Shown here one piece after another: positions 16,019 to 17,038 of a stretch of DNA of 17,038 nucleotides. The notes under the pieces were generated by a model, which worked only from the letters and a program-made list of their open reading frames with translations, was not told the DNA's origin and made no database searches. The number at the start of each line of letters is the position of its first letter. Positions within the stretch are counted from its first letter, which is position 1. The position numbers and the translations under genes are program-made. Source of the stretch: Candidatus Hydrothermarchaeota archaeon (GTDB lineage Archaea > CAYFZR01); contig JBHIEG010000034.1 in NCBI GenBank assembly GCA_046760505.1, forward strand, positions 1-17,038, written 5' to 3'.

Positions 16019-17038
16019 ATGAATGAATTGATCTTTGCAACTTTTTCAGATAGATTAGTAACCGGATTTACTTTTGCAGAGGCACTAGGCACCAAATCTT
16101 TATCGGATATGATGACTATTATAACCCTTCTATTCTTTATCCTTGCGATTCTGCTGCTACTTTCCATTGTAACGGTAATAAGAAAGATGAGGGAAAGCAG
16201 GACAGAAGAATTCGTGGAAACCGTGATGAAGTCACCATCTCCGCTTGCCCAGGCGGTTGAAAAAACAGAAGAGCCAGAGGTGAAAGAACCTGAGGTAAAA
16301 GAGCCTGAGATAAAGACAGAGGTTGAGCCTAAGTTGGAGGAGCCAGAAATCGAGCCACCAAAAGAAGAGATAAAAGAATCCTTAGAAGAACCAGAAATAG
16401 AAACTCCTAAGTTGGAGGAATTACCGGTTGAAGAAATTGAAGAAGGAGGTTTCTTGTTGGGTGAAGAATGGGCGAAAGAGCTCTTAAATGAACTTAAAAG
16501 GAATATAGAGGTTCTAAATTTTGAGATAAAGAAAATTTCCGCCAACCTTGACAGTATAGCTCCTGCAACCCCGATCGGTGTTGCAAAGGATGTCGAATTG
16601 ATTGAGAAAGAGAGCAAGAGATTGGAGTCAGAACTAGCAGAACTTTCAATTGAAAAGGAGGCGAACAAAGCGGCCCTGAATACACTAGAAGAAAACTTCA
16701 AGATGGGAAGGATATCCAGCGAGAGATATATGGAAACAAAGCCAAAATTCGAAAAAACACTGCGGGAATTAGATGAGAGAATACGTGAAAAAGAATTGAA
16801 ATTGCATTTGAATGAACTAGAAAAGAAAAAGGAATCCATAAGACAAGAATACATTCAAAAACTCAAGAGCCTGGAAAAAGAGATTGAAAAAGAGAGGGAG
16901 AAAATCCTGAAGGAAAGGGAGCCGGAAGAGATCAAATATGAAAAAATTGAAGTTCCAGAAATCGAACCAGAAGCAGAACCCGAAGTAAAACCTGAAGAAG
17001 AACCAGAGGTAAGAGAACCAGAAATCGAACCAGAAGTA
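16019..17038 (+). CDS. Membrane-anchored Glu/Pro-rich coiled-coil protein; runs off the right edge
   Basis: 340 open codons from ATG 16019 (GGGTG SD): MNELIFATF...TM IITLLFFILAILLLLSIVTVI-RKMR, EPEVK repeats, coiled coil containing LEENFKMGRISSERY, second EPE-rich tract. Confidence 0.85.
   Translation, partial: MNELIFATFSDRLVTGFTFAEALGTKSLSDMMTIITLLFFILAILLLLSIVTVIRKMRESRTEEFVETVMKSPSPLAQAVEKTEEPEVKEPEVKEPEIKTEVEPKLEEPEIEPPKEEIKESLEEPEIETPKLEELPVEEIEEGGFLLGEEWAKELLNELKRNIEVLNFEIKKISANLDSIAPATPIGVAKDVELIEKESKRLESELAELSIEKEANKAALNTLEENFKMGRISSERYMETKPKFEKTLRELDERIREKELKLHLNELEKKKESIRQEYIQKLKSLEKEIEKEREKILKEREPEEIKYEKIEVPEIEPEAEPEVKPEEEPEVREPEIEPEV
16271..16315 (+). repeat. Coding tandem repeat, 3 x 15 nt (EPEVK-EPEVK-EPEIK)
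   Basis: gagccagaggtgaaa gaacctgaggtaaaa gagcctgagataaag. Confidence 0.8.

Noticed and set aside
15997-16854. 285-aa minus-strand Ser/Phe-rich ORF
   Set aside because: Antisense shadow of the Glu/Lys-rich plus-strand gene starting at 16019.
1-17038. Mobile elements, CRISPR arrays, tRNA/rRNA genes, defence systems
   Set aside because: No transposase, integrase, repeat-spacer array or cloverleaf seen; the CTCATA at 2661 is the antisense of the sRNA guide, not a tRNA.

Overview
Archaeal (Euryarchaeota-like) chromosomal window, judged from aIF5A plus deoxyhypusine synthase, TATA/BRE promoters, GGTGA-type Shine-Dalgarno (SD) sites and a box C/D sRNA. Left end: a truncated secreted c-type heme protein (CxxCH, Ca-binding DxDxDG loop, probable PKD start) with a perfect palindrome over its promoter, a divergent membrane-anchored winged-helix regulator and a convergent secreted DUF5667-like protein. 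These are followed by an unannotated box C/D sRNA predicted to methylate wobble C34 of an intron-containing pre-tRNA-Met. Middle: aIF5A-DHS-membrane protein, an IMPase-family phosphatase plus NAD kinase pair, a biotin ECF transporter (bioY-ecfA-ecfT) with a BirA-type operator, a cupin and a 40-aa zinc-finger microprotein. Next comes a tetrapyrrole operon (sirC-hemA-hemB-hemL-hemC). Right end: a degenerate DUF151-like protein, a 50-aa 4xCxxC microprotein, an OB-fold-like membrane protein and a truncated membrane-anchored acidic coiled-coil protein. The ORF track missed both edge genes and both microproteins. All family assignments come from motif recognition by eye, not database searches.
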